DNA from: Pirellulales bacterium
GTDB taxonomy: Bacteria; Planctomycetota; Planctomycetia; Pirellulales; UBA1268
NCBI GenBank assembly: GCA_965249545.1
Contig: CBDFMH010000005.1
Location: 512,328-576,327 of the forward strand
Length of the DNA stretch: 64,000 nucleotides
Reading direction: 5' to 3'
Positions 10,318-19,291 of the stretch are shown piece after piece; within the stretch, counting starts at the first letter, position 1, and each line of letters starts with the position of its first letter. A program made the translations under genes and the position numbers. Under the pieces are notes generated by a model. That model did not search any database, was not told the origin of the DNA, and worked only from the letters and a program-made list of their open reading frames with translations.

Positions 10318-10420
10318 ACGCCGGTTCGAAATCAATTTGTTAGTAGATCGATTGAATTCCTCTTCATCAAACTAACACAGAAACTTCACATACATAGCTC
10401 TGATCTTTCAGGTCTTCACG

Positions 10421-11488
10421 ATGGTAACTCCGTTTTCTTTATCTGCCCTTTTGATCTGTTTGACAGTGTTATTTTTGCAACCACGTGAACTCATCTCAGC
10501 CCCTGCTGATGATGGACCCATTACTCTTCCTGTTCGTATTCATCGCTTCCGCTCTGCAACCGAACCCCGACTCAACTGTTCGATGAGTGATGACGACATA
10601 CGAGAGCAAATAAAAGCAGTCAATGAAACATGGAAACAGGCTTCAATCATCTGGGAGATTGAATCGATCCAAAACATGACACCACAGATGCCCAAAGCGT
10701 TTGCTCTCGCTCTTTCCCAAAATCGTGAAAAGATAGCACCCGCTCTGATTGCCAACACCCAGCGTGAGAATCTACTCGCCAACGGGTTTAATGTTGTAAT
10801 CGCGGAGGACTTTGAAAAAACAATTGGTGGGGTTTTTATTCCAAAGCCTGATGGTGTTGTCTATTTTGCAACGCGGGGTCCTAAAGGACTGCAGACACCT
10901 GCTGTGCTTGCACACGAGTTAGGCCACGCTCTTGGTTTGCCACACACAATTTTTGAGAAAAACAATAATTTGATGATGGGTGCTGGACCTGGCCGGATAC
11001 CGACTCGCATCAAACCTATAACCGATTCACAAGCCGCAATTGCTCGTTCATATGCTATGCAAGGAAGACCATTTCAGCCGCAAAGAATACGAGGACCTCA
11101 GGGAAGCCCGACTGACGTATTTCGAATTCTCGATTCAACGGGAAGTGGGATCCTTCGCATTGAAGATATTGCTCCTGAATTTCGTGAGTTTGCTCGTGAG
11201 CTTTTTCGCAAGGCTTCTCGATCATCAAATGACACCATAACACAAGATGAATACAAAATTATCTCAGAACACCAACGAGTCAATATAAAACGAAATACAT
11301 TAGGGCCAGAAATTGTCCCACAAATATTATTACGATTTGATTTAAATCATGATGGAACGCTCACACGAGAAGAAGTCAATAATCCACGTTCCCTTGTGTT
11401 TCGACAATTCAACCAATGGGACAAAAATGGTGATCAAAAGCTAACCCAGAACGAAATGAAAGAAGCGCTTACTACAACAGGCGAGTAA
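10421..11488 (+). CDS. Secreted metzincin-type zinc metalloprotease with C-terminal EF-hand motifs
   Basis: Signal-like N-terminus. HELGHALGLPH (HExxHxxGxxH). DLNHDGTLTREE and DKNGDQKLTQNE calcium-binding loops. Confidence 0.8.
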   Translation: MVTPFSLSALLICLTVLFLQPRELISAPADDGPITLPVRIHRFRSATEPRLNCSMSDDDIREQIKAVNETWKQASIIWEIESIQNMTPQMPKAFALALSQNREKIAPALIANTQRENLLANGFNVVIAEDFEKTIGGVFIPKPDGVVYFATRGPKGLQTPAVLAHELGHALGLPHTIFEKNNNLMMGAGPGRIPTRIKPITDSQAAIARSYAMQGRPFQPQRIRGPQGSPTDVFRILDSTGSGILRIEDIAPEFREFARELFRKASRSSNDTITQDEYKIISEHQRVNIKRNTLGPEIVPQILLRFDLNHDGTLTREEVNNPRSLVFRQFNQWDKNGDQKLTQNEMKEALTTTGE

Positions 11489-11490
11489 AA

Positions 11491-11691
11491 GGCTTGTTAG
11501 AAATCAACTGATAACGTTGATCAAATTTGCATGGAGAATGTGTGCTGATTAGTAGGCGGGGTCAGGCCTGATTTTCAAACTCGTTATCTATTACAAGTAA
11601 AACAACGTTTCACCTTCTGATACCCACTGTCGCCCATTACTTTTCACCATATTTTCACCATGCGACACCTGCCGGGGGTAGTACCTTTTCC
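11491..11691 (+). repeat. Intergenic repeat family, copy C (more diverged)
   Basis: Starts 3 nt after the metalloprotease stop. The 5' part GGCTTGTTAGAAATCAACTG...TGGAGAATGTGTG matches copy A at 4502-4555. The core GTTATCTATTACAAG and GCGACACCTGCCGGGGGTA are conserved. Confidence 0.6.
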
Positions 11692-12125
11692 TTTTTTATA
11701 GGCGTTTTTTGTGATTTGTAACCGATGGATACGCCTACGGATACACAACGAAATCAGACGGTCAAAATATCCCTTATTTTTAAGGGGGAACAATTTCATG
11801 GCATTGCGATGCCTCCATTGTTGAAAGTTTCTCGCAAGAAATTGTGACCGCGGGGTATTCTCGCGGAATTAACAATAGAGCAGGGACTGGGGACGACTCT
11901 CTAGGCTGATTGAACGACCCCAAAAACTTAGCTCCACCGTTTGACTTGACCAGAACTCACAGTGTCCATGCCTCCACCAAGAGACGATACCCGCTTCATT
12001 GAATCTTTTACTCGCCACCAGCCCGCCCTGGAGGCGTTCTGCCACGCGAATCTCGTGAGTCGTTCCGGATGAAGTGATCAGTAGCCCCACAGAGTCAAAC
12101 AACTTTTTCAAATCAGGACAACAAC

Positions 12126-13424
12126 ATGAATACATCATCAAACCGCCGCCAATTCCTCCGAGGAACTGGAGCACTGATCACGCTCCCCACGCTCGAATCA
12201 ATCGGATTCAGGCGATTCGCTTCGGCTGCAGAGAAAGCACCCGCAACACCGCCCAAAAGACTGATGTTCATGGGCATTGGGTATGGCGTCACGGCTGAGA
12301 CCTGGTTTCCTGACATCAGTGATACAGGTTCTAACTACAAGCTACCCGAGGGGCTGAAACCTTTGGCCCGTCACAAGAAAGACTTTACCATCGTCCAGGG
12401 CTGTAAACATCAATTCAGTCGCCAGGCACACTGGGGAAGCACCTATTGGCTGACGGGAGCGAATCAATACGGCACTCCGGGCCAAACCTTCTCCAACACC
12501 ATCTCCGCCGATCAGGTCGCCGCAGCGCAGTTTGGAAAGCATACACGCTATACATCAATCCAACTGGGCACTGCCGCCAACGATAGGAATGGACATGGCC
12601 CCGGAAGTTCTCTGGCCTGGGACCAACGAGGGAAACCTCTTTCGGCCTGGAACTCCCCATTGGAAACCTATCTCAAGCTCTTTGCGGCAGATGATCTACC
12701 GATTGCTCAACGCCGGGCAATGCTGGCGGAGGAGCGTAGCGTCCTGGATTCCGTGATGATCGAGGCAAAGGACATGCAAAGAGGGTTAACGAAGAGTGAT
12801 ACCGACAAGCTGGACGAGTATTTTCAAAGTATCCGCGATATCGAAACCCGACTGAGCAAATCGGAAAAATGGATGGACGTGCCCAAGTCGGAAGCCCCAC
12901 TCGATGCACCTGAGGAAGCCTTGGTAGGACGCAGTGAAATTCAGATGATGTATAAGCTTATGGTGGCCGCAATACAGACCGACAACACACGGGTCATCAC
13001 CTACCGCGAGCCCGGTTCACGCCTGCTGTCGAGTATCGGAGCGAGTGGTAACCCTCACAATATCAGTCACTATAGAGCCGGCTCAGAAACGGAAATCTCC
13101 TCCAAGATGAGGGACAAGGCGCACGGTGAATTGTTGGCTGGGTTGATCGATCAATTAAAAGCCACCAGGGAAGCCGACGGCAGTAGCCTCTTTGATCATG
13201 TCGCTTTAGCCTTTGGTTCCAATATTCGCTCCATTCATTATCTCAATAACCCACCGACCTTGATCTCCGGTGGAGGTGCCGATCTTAAACTGGGACAAAA
13301 CCTTGTCCTCGATAAAGGCACACCGCTAAACAATGTTTGGCTAACCATGTTGCAGGGTATCGGTGTCAATGTGGATCGTCACGGCGACAGCACAGGAATT
13401 GTGAAGGAGCTGCAGGCATCATGA
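12126..13424 (+). CDS. DUF1552 (HXXSHH) family protein with Tat-like signal
   Basis: 432-aa ORF. NRRQFLRGTGALITLPTLES. HNISHY motif. Roughly 40 percent identical by eye to 2913-4193. Confidence 0.9.
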   Translation: MNTSSNRRQFLRGTGALITLPTLESIGFRRFASAAEKAPATPPKRLMFMGIGYGVTAETWFPDISDTGSNYKLPEGLKPLARHKKDFTIVQGCKHQFSRQAHWGSTYWLTGANQYGTPGQTFSNTISADQVAAAQFGKHTRYTSIQLGTAANDRNGHGPGSSLAWDQRGKPLSAWNSPLETYLKLFAADDLPIAQRRAMLAEERSVLDSVMIEAKDMQRGLTKSDTDKLDEYFQSIRDIETRLSKSEKWMDVPKSEAPLDAPEEALVGRSEIQMMYKLMVAAIQTDNTRVITYREPGSRLLSSIGASGNPHNISHYRAGSETEISSKMRDKAHGELLAGLIDQLKATREADGSSLFDHVALAFGSNIRSIHYLNNPPTLISGGGADLKLGQNLVLDKGTPLNNVWLTMLQGIGVNVDRHGDSTGIVKELQAS

Positions 13425-16123
13425 TCTCACACAAAGGCACGAACGCACGAAGAATCGAACACATTGTCTGCGTACTTACTTTGTATCTCTGCGCCTTCGC
13501 GCAAGCCGCACCGCCCGCAGTACGGCTTCCGGAAAGACACCGGGCCTTCTTCAAAGCACACTGCTTTGATTGCCACGACTCCGCTTCCGAGGAGGGCGAC
13601 GTCAATCTTGAACACTTGCCTTTTCATATCACAACGATAGAGCAGGCGGAGATGTGGCAGAAGGTGCTGGGCGCACTGAATTCCGGAGAAATGCCGCCGG
13701 AAGATTCCCAGCAGCCTGGCAACAAAGAGAAGGCAAATTTTCTCGACGATCTGTCGCGCACAATGGTGACCGCCCGCAAAGTGCTGTCTGACTCGGGTGG
13801 CAAGATCACCATGCGGCGACTCAACAAGCGCGACTATCAGAACAGTATCGAAAGCTTGTTGGGGGTACGACTCGGTAAGGAACTCTTGCCCGATGATGGC
13901 AGTTCCGGCGACTTTGATACGGTCGGAGCTTCTCTTTTTCTCTCCAGTGACAAGTTCGAGCAGTATCTGAAACTCGGACGCCACGCCATCGATGAGTTCT
14001 ATGAGCGAAGAGCGGCTCGAAATGCCAAGCCTTTCGTCTATCGCGTGGAACCGGAAAAAACGCTCAATGTTGCTTTGAGACAGAAAGTCAAAAAAAATGA
14101 GGACTACCTGAAACGCTATGAGGCACTGGATGCGGAAATGGACAAGGCGCTCGCTCTACCAGAGAACAAAGGCTTTGAAGCCCGGCTGGGCACCAAGGGG
14201 AACCGCGGGCAGCTTTACCGTAAAATTGCGCCTCACCTTAAGAAGCTAAAAGGAGCCCCCAACCCGAAGGACCATGGGTTCCCGAATTATGGCCATGCTG
14301 CGAAGTTCTTTCCCAAGTATGCTTCCTATAGTAAGCACTACGCCGATCTTCCCTACAATAAAACAGGGACCTGGATTCAGTTGACGGCCGGTTCCACCAT
14401 GATCGTCCTAAACCCGCCGGGCGCCATGCCAGTCGGAACCTACGCGGTGCGAATCAAGGCGGGGGTCACCCGTGAGGCGCCGGCGTTTCGTCACTTCCTC
14501 GAACTGGGTCACCCCGATTCCAAGGTGATTTCGAGAGGGCAACTGAATGGCTTTCCCCTGAAGACGCTGCAGGTGACCGGCAGTCCGGCCAAGCCGGGAT
14601 TGATCGAAACCCAGATAACGGTGAAAAAGGATACCCAGCGGCAGTTTGCCATCAGAGAACGTCAGCCTGCGTGGGGCCCCTTACTCAAGAAATTCTTCAA
14701 CCCCTTGATGAATGAAAATGGTTATGGCCATGCCCCTTCGATCTGGGTCGACTGGGTTGAGATCGAAGGTCCGCTGCCGCAAGGGGATCCTAGTCCTCTT
14801 GAGGAGATCTTTGATGCCAACCCTGCCAGAGGAACTTCGTCGGAGTTGAAGCGGGTCAGGAAGATTCTTCACCAATTCGCGGTCCAAGCGTTTCGAGAGA
14901 GCGAACCCTCACCCGAATTCATCGACTCGTTGGTCAAAGTCTACAAAAACAGACTGGTGATCGACAAGAAGTTCGACGTGGCGATTCGAACCCCGCTGAG
15001 CATGATTCTGGCGTCTCCCCGGTTTCTCTTCATGAAAGAGCCTGGACAGGACGTAGCGCCCCGTGCCTTGAACGATCTCGAACTGGCGGTGCGACTGTCG
15101 TATTTCCTCTGGAGCTCACCGCCCGATTCGCAACTACTGGAGTTGGCGAAAGCGAAGCAGCTGCGTGACCCAGTTGTCTTGCGCGGACAAGTGGATCGCC
15201 TGATTCAGGACCCGAGAGTACACCACTTCGTTTCCGGTCTCGCTCATCAATGGCTAGACATGGAGCGATTGGATTTCTTCCAGTTTGATGTCGGGCGACA
15301 TCGCGAATTCGATGAAAGCACGCGAACGGCAGCGCGGGAGGAAGTCTACCAGTCGATCCTCCACTTGCTGCGGTCGAAGGATCAGGGGCAACTGCAGAAC
15401 CTTCTCAAGAGCGACTACGTCGTCGTCAATGGCCTCATGGCCGCTCATTACGGCTTGAAAGGGGTTGTGGGCGATCACTATCGCAAAGTCAGTCTTCCGA
15501 AAAATTCTCCGCGCGGAGGATTACTCGGGATGGCCGCGATCAATGCGATGGGCAGCGACGGCATCGAGAGCAGTCCTGTCGAACGCGGGGCTTGGGTGCT
15601 GCGTCATCTAATGTACTTGCCACCACCCCCGGCACCGGCCAATGTGCCGCAACTTTCGCGCTTGGACGGCAAACCCCTCACCAAGCGGCAAAAACTCGCC
15701 GCCCATATGGAGGAAGCCCAGTGCGCCAGCTGCCATCGCAAGATCGATCCGATTGGCTTTGGCCTGGAGAATTTCGATGCCGCCGGCAAATGGCGCAGCG
15801 GGGAACATCGATACACCAAGAACAGAAAAGGCAAGATGGCGCCCAGTAGAACAGCCACCCCCATCGACAGCTCCGGCGATTTCCACAACGGCCCGACATT
15901 TTCTGATTTCTTTGAACTGCGTGAGTTGATCGCTAAATGGCAGGTGGAAGAATTCTCTCGTGGCTTCACCGAAGCGCTTATCGAATATGGTCTCGGACGA
16001 CCTTTCGGTTTTACTGATGAAGACTTGGCTTCTGAAATAATTGCATCGGCCAAAAGTCAAAATTACCTAATGGCAGATTTCATTCATGCCTTGGTGCAAT
16101 CAAAACCTTTTCACTTAAAATAG
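13421..16123 (+). CDS. Planctomycete cytochrome-c domain protein, DUF1592/DUF1588/DUF1585 (PSCyt/PSD) family
   Basis: ATG at 13421 overlaps the upstream stop (ATGA). CFDCHD and CASCHRKIDPIGFGLENFD CxxCH motifs. LNSGEMPPED. Paralogue of 312-2897. The longer 13337 start in the ORF track would overlap the upstream gene by 88 nt. Confidence 0.9.
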   Translation: MISHKGTNARRIEHIVCVLTLYLCAFAQAAPPAVRLPERHRAFFKAHCFDCHDSASEEGDVNLEHLPFHITTIEQAEMWQKVLGALNSGEMPPEDSQQPGNKEKANFLDDLSRTMVTARKVLSDSGGKITMRRLNKRDYQNSIESLLGVRLGKELLPDDGSSGDFDTVGASLFLSSDKFEQYLKLGRHAIDEFYERRAARNAKPFVYRVEPEKTLNVALRQKVKKNEDYLKRYEALDAEMDKALALPENKGFEARLGTKGNRGQLYRKIAPHLKKLKGAPNPKDHGFPNYGHAAKFFPKYASYSKHYADLPYNKTGTWIQLTAGSTMIVLNPPGAMPVGTYAVRIKAGVTREAPAFRHFLELGHPDSKVISRGQLNGFPLKTLQVTGSPAKPGLIETQITVKKDTQRQFAIRERQPAWGPLLKKFFNPLMNENGYGHAPSIWVDWVEIEGPLPQGDPSPLEEIFDANPARGTSSELKRVRKILHQFAVQAFRESEPSPEFIDSLVKVYKNRLVIDKKFDVAIRTPLSMILASPRFLFMKEPGQDVAPRALNDLELAVRLSYFLWSSPPDSQLLELAKAKQLRDPVVLRGQVDRLIQDPRVHHFVSGLAHQWLDMERLDFFQFDVGRHREFDESTRTAAREEVYQSILHLLRSKDQGQLQNLLKSDYVVVNGLMAAHYGLKGVVGDHYRKVSLPKNSPRGGLLGMAAINAMGSDGIESSPVERGAWVLRHLMYLPPPPAPANVPQLSRLDGKPLTKRQKLAAHMEEAQCASCHRKIDPIGFGLENFDAAGKWRSGEHRYTKNRKGKMAPSRTATPIDSSGDFHNGPTFSDFFELRELIAKWQVEEFSRGFTEALIEYGLGRPFGFTDEDLASEIIASAKSQNYLMADFIHALVQSKPFHLK

Positions 16124-16163
16124 AAACTACATCTACAAGTGATGTCGACCAACAGGCTTTTTT

Positions 16164-16709
16164 ATGAAAACAACAACCATTTTGCTCATCTGTTTGTATT
16201 CGCCATTGTTACATGCCCAATCAGGCAAATACGACACGGATAAAATTGTGGATCCCACTCCTGAAATGTTAAAGATGACCACGGCTGAACTTTTTACAGA
16301 AATTGATCTTGATGGAGATGGCCAGGTTTCTTTTACAGAAACAAACGAGGCTCTCGAATATAGCCCCAAACACACTAAAAGAAAATTTGCCAAGTCCGAC
16401 CGAGATAAATCCGGTGGATTGAACCTCAAAGAATTCGAGTTTCGTTTAACGAGGACCGAATGGTGGAAGTTGTCGAGAAAAACGCCCGAAGCTATGTTCA
16501 AGGCTGCGGATATCAATGATAACGGGTCACTTTCGAAAGAAGAATTCGCAGTATTTCAAGGTAAGAAAGCTCATCTGCACACCTTCTTTGAAAGAGCTGA
16601 CAAAAATTCATCTGGAGATTTGGACCTCAATGAGGCTTCCGCTCACATCAACGAAGAGATCTTTCCAAGCAAGAAATTGAAAAATATAAAAAAGAGAAAA
16701 GAGAAGTGA
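16164..16709 (+). CDS. Secreted EF-hand calcium-binding protein
   Basis: Signal-like MKTTTILLICLYSPLLHA. Four EF-hand loops: DLDGDGQVSFTE, DRDKSGGLNLKE, DINDNGSLSKEE, DKNSSGDLDLNE. Confidence 0.8.
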   Translation: MKTTTILLICLYSPLLHAQSGKYDTDKIVDPTPEMLKMTTAELFTEIDLDGDGQVSFTETNEALEYSPKHTKRKFAKSDRDKSGGLNLKEFEFRLTRTEWWKLSRKTPEAMFKAADINDNGSLSKEEFAVFQGKKAHLHTFFERADKNSSGDLDLNEASAHINEEIFPSKKLKNIKKRKEK

Positions 16710-16739
16710 GATTAGGCTAGTGAAATTTCAGATTCCGGC

Positions 16740-17150
16740 ATGTTTAAAAAGTTGCAGCCGAATGATCGTATAAGCACAGCAAAACAACACGTACAAAAAA
16801 TGGGTTATGAATTCCAGATTACTCATGTCTCTTTTTCACAGAAAGAAGGTCAGGACATCATAGAGATTTCTTTAAAAAATCATGGGGTCGCGCCCTTCTA
16901 TCATGACTGGGAAATTGAATTGGGCCGTTTCACTAGTAATACTCATCTGGTGAAGCGATTCAAAACGAATTGGAGCCTTTGTGGGATTCTTCCAAAGGCA
17001 GCAATGCTTTGGAAAACTACGATTCCAATGTCAAAAGATCAGCTCGCTGTTCGTGTAATCAATCCGTTGCCCAACGGAATTCCGCTCACATTCGCGAACG
17101 ATCCATCCCTGCAAATGGGAGATGGTTGGCTGTTGCTTCCAAAACAATAA
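16740..17150 (+). pseudogene. Probable C-terminal fragment of a DUF4832-type (glycoside-hydrolase-associated) gene
   Basis: The 136-aa ORF resembles only the C-terminal part of DUF4832 proteins as I remember them (MGYEFQI..., NHGVAPFYHDWEIELG, VINPLPNGIPLTFAN). There is no room upstream for the usual ~400-aa N-terminal part. Confidence 0.45.
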
Positions 17151-18156
17151 CTTCTGTCTGACGCCATCGACATAGATTCTCTTGGGGACGGTACTCGTTC
17201 GTACCTTTCTTCTTCAATCCAGATCAGACCACCTGAGAAATTTCTCGGCATACGCTCGCTGCTGATGAATCTGGCTCGTCTAGTACTCGAGGGGCTTCGC
17301 CTGGAGTCATCCTCCTGTCCATTTTTTAATACCTATTCAACCGTTTCGTCTAATTCACACACCTCTTCACCTTCATCAGTGACTACCAGTTCACCGTTTT
17401 GGTTGAGTATAAAATGCATCCGTAACTCCAATTCTAAATTGAAAACGGCACAGCAGCACCTTGCCTGCTGCCATGCCGAATCAGGGGCATCCCCAAACAA
17501 ACAACGAGTTCGTTTAAGAGACTCCTCCAAAATACGAAAGAATTGCCAAAGAGTTCTTCAAATAATCCACTTATCCAGAACACGAAACACCGCATTTACG
17601 GTGTGCACAAGTGTTTGAGGTCTGGATTATCCGAAATACGAAACAAAGAAAATCATCGATATCTCTGTGGAAATCGCAAACGTGCTTAATTTGTCAATGC
17701 GTAGGCGAGTGCGTCAAACCACGTTTGAATCGCTGTCGCCGCTGACAACATCATTTGAAAAATGCAGAAAGAAGAGGCAGTGCACAGAAGCGAATTGGTA
17801 CTAGAGATTTGATAAATCATTGATTGCTTTTGTGAGAAGTAAATCAACTGGTGTGCTTCTCGGAACTCCGGTGAGGAAAAATGCCTAACTCACACCAGAA
17901 CCAGGAATGGGCGGGCAAGCAGATCGCGCATACCCCTAGATGGGTATCACTCTCTCCGCTTCGTTTTCACCGATAGCCGTGAAGCGAAAGACATGTCCAG
18001 AGTTGGGATTGATCGCATGGATCCAACCCGTCGCTCGACCAACAACGATATCGTCCGGCCGCTCGAGGGCTAGGCCTGAATGTTTTTGATCTGAGCGGTG
18101 ATCGTACTCGTGCTGAGGTCAGAGAACGAGACAATGGGAGTCCAGTATTGCTTGGG

Positions 18157-19107
18157 TTACTCGGATAGATTGAATGTCGCCACCACGGCACGATGGTCAG
18201 AGGGATAAGGAGAAATTACAATATCGGCGTCTTCTTGGTTTTCACCAACGATCTTTACATCTGTCGCTTCTAAGTCCTCACCTTTGTAATAAACAAAATC
18301 AATGCGGTCATGATGCGTCGTAGGATCATCGAACTTATAAAAGGAAGACCAGGTGTAGCCCGGGTTTTTTATCTCGTCGGGATAGATCGTGCGATACGCA
18401 TCGGTAAAGCCGGCCTTGGCCATTTCAGTAGATGTCGGATAGGCCACCTTGATCGGATGGCGACCTGTCTTGGCTGCCGCCTCCGTCCAGTCCAAATGGG
18501 AGGGTTCATTAAAATCACCCAGCACGAAAACGGGTGCCTGTTTGTCGGGTAGTGATTTGATTTCCCTGAGAACTTTGGCAATCTCTGCACCCCGTGCCTT
18601 TTTTGCCCATTCAATTGCCTCTGCTTCGGTCTTGATGAAGGTGATATCATTCGTGTGCTTATGCCATCTCGGACGAATCTCCAGCAACTGATAGGGTTGG
18701 TAAGGATGAGAGGAAAGATGGACATTAAAAATATAAGCATGCCTACCCGAATCCAGTTTTACTTTTACTCCTCTGTAGAGTGGCTTTAGAATTTCATAAC
18801 GGGTTAAAATGTTGGATCCTTTGCCCATGTCGTGGTTCCAACCAAGCAAGTCAGCAAGCTCCTCCAATTTATCACCCCTTGGTGATCTTGTTTCCTGAAT
18901 GCCGACAATGTCTGCCTTGGCCATTTGGATTGCTTTGGCGGTTTGCGACAGGGGTTGCTTGAGCATCACGACCCCGCCTCGGTGCAGGTTGTAAGACATG
19001 ACTCGTACACTCGCTGCTTCGGTCTGTGCGTGAAGTGGCATAACAACAGCCATCCAATGAACAACCAAAATACCTGTGGCAATGATTGTGCGAACTGATT
19101 TCATCAT
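18157..19107 (-). CDS. Secreted endonuclease/exonuclease/phosphatase (EEP) family protein
   Basis: VRVMSYNLHRG, IVGIQE, VLGDFNEPSH and PSDHRAVVATF motifs. Signal peptide from MMKSVRTIIATG. The alternative upstream ATG is at 19143. Confidence 0.85.
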   Translation of the reverse strand: MMKSVRTIIATGILVVHWMAVVMPLHAQTEAASVRVMSYNLHRGGVVMLKQPLSQTAKAIQMAKADIVGIQETRSPRGDKLEELADLLGWNHDMGKGSNILTRYEILKPLYRGVKVKLDSGRHAYIFNVHLSSHPYQPYQLLEIRPRWHKHTNDITFIKTEAEAIEWAKKARGAEIAKVLREIKSLPDKQAPVFVLGDFNEPSHLDWTEAAAKTGRHPIKVAYPTSTEMAKAGFTDAYRTIYPDEIKNPGYTWSSFYKFDDPTTHHDRIDFVYYKGEDLEATDVKIVGENQEDADIVISPYPSDHRAVVATFNLSE

Positions 19108-19291
19108 GGAATCCCCTGTGCCAATGTCGATGCTAAGGCGCATTGTTTACCGAGTCGCGGTACAATGCTCTGTTGAGGTCAGAGCTGCTTTGCGTCAAGC
19201 GTATCTTCTTTGACCAATCCGCGCCTAATAAACTGGTACATGATTGTCTTTTCTATTCAATCTGCGCTCATAACACATTGGAATTGGTCTC

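Noticed and set aside
10318-10340. tRNA T-loop-like string CCGGTTCGAAATC after the subtilase-like gene
   Set aside because: It has one base too many for a GGTTCGAATCC T-loop. No acceptor, D or anticodon arms can be formed in the flanks.
13427-16060. Long antisense ORFs inside the GC-rich pair (13427-13984, 15604-16053, 15608-16060, 15642-15929 and others)
   Set aside because: These are shadow ORFs expected in GC-richer coding DNA. They overlap a strongly supported sense gene and have Arg/Ala/Gly/Pro-biased translations without motifs.
17265-17618. ORFs 17265-17618 (+), 17333-17530 (-) and 17967-18191 (-) in the ~1-kb gap
   Set aside because: The translations are Ser/Cys/Arg-rich and not protein-like. 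They overlap each other on opposite strands and have no motifs. I treated them as part of the decayed region.
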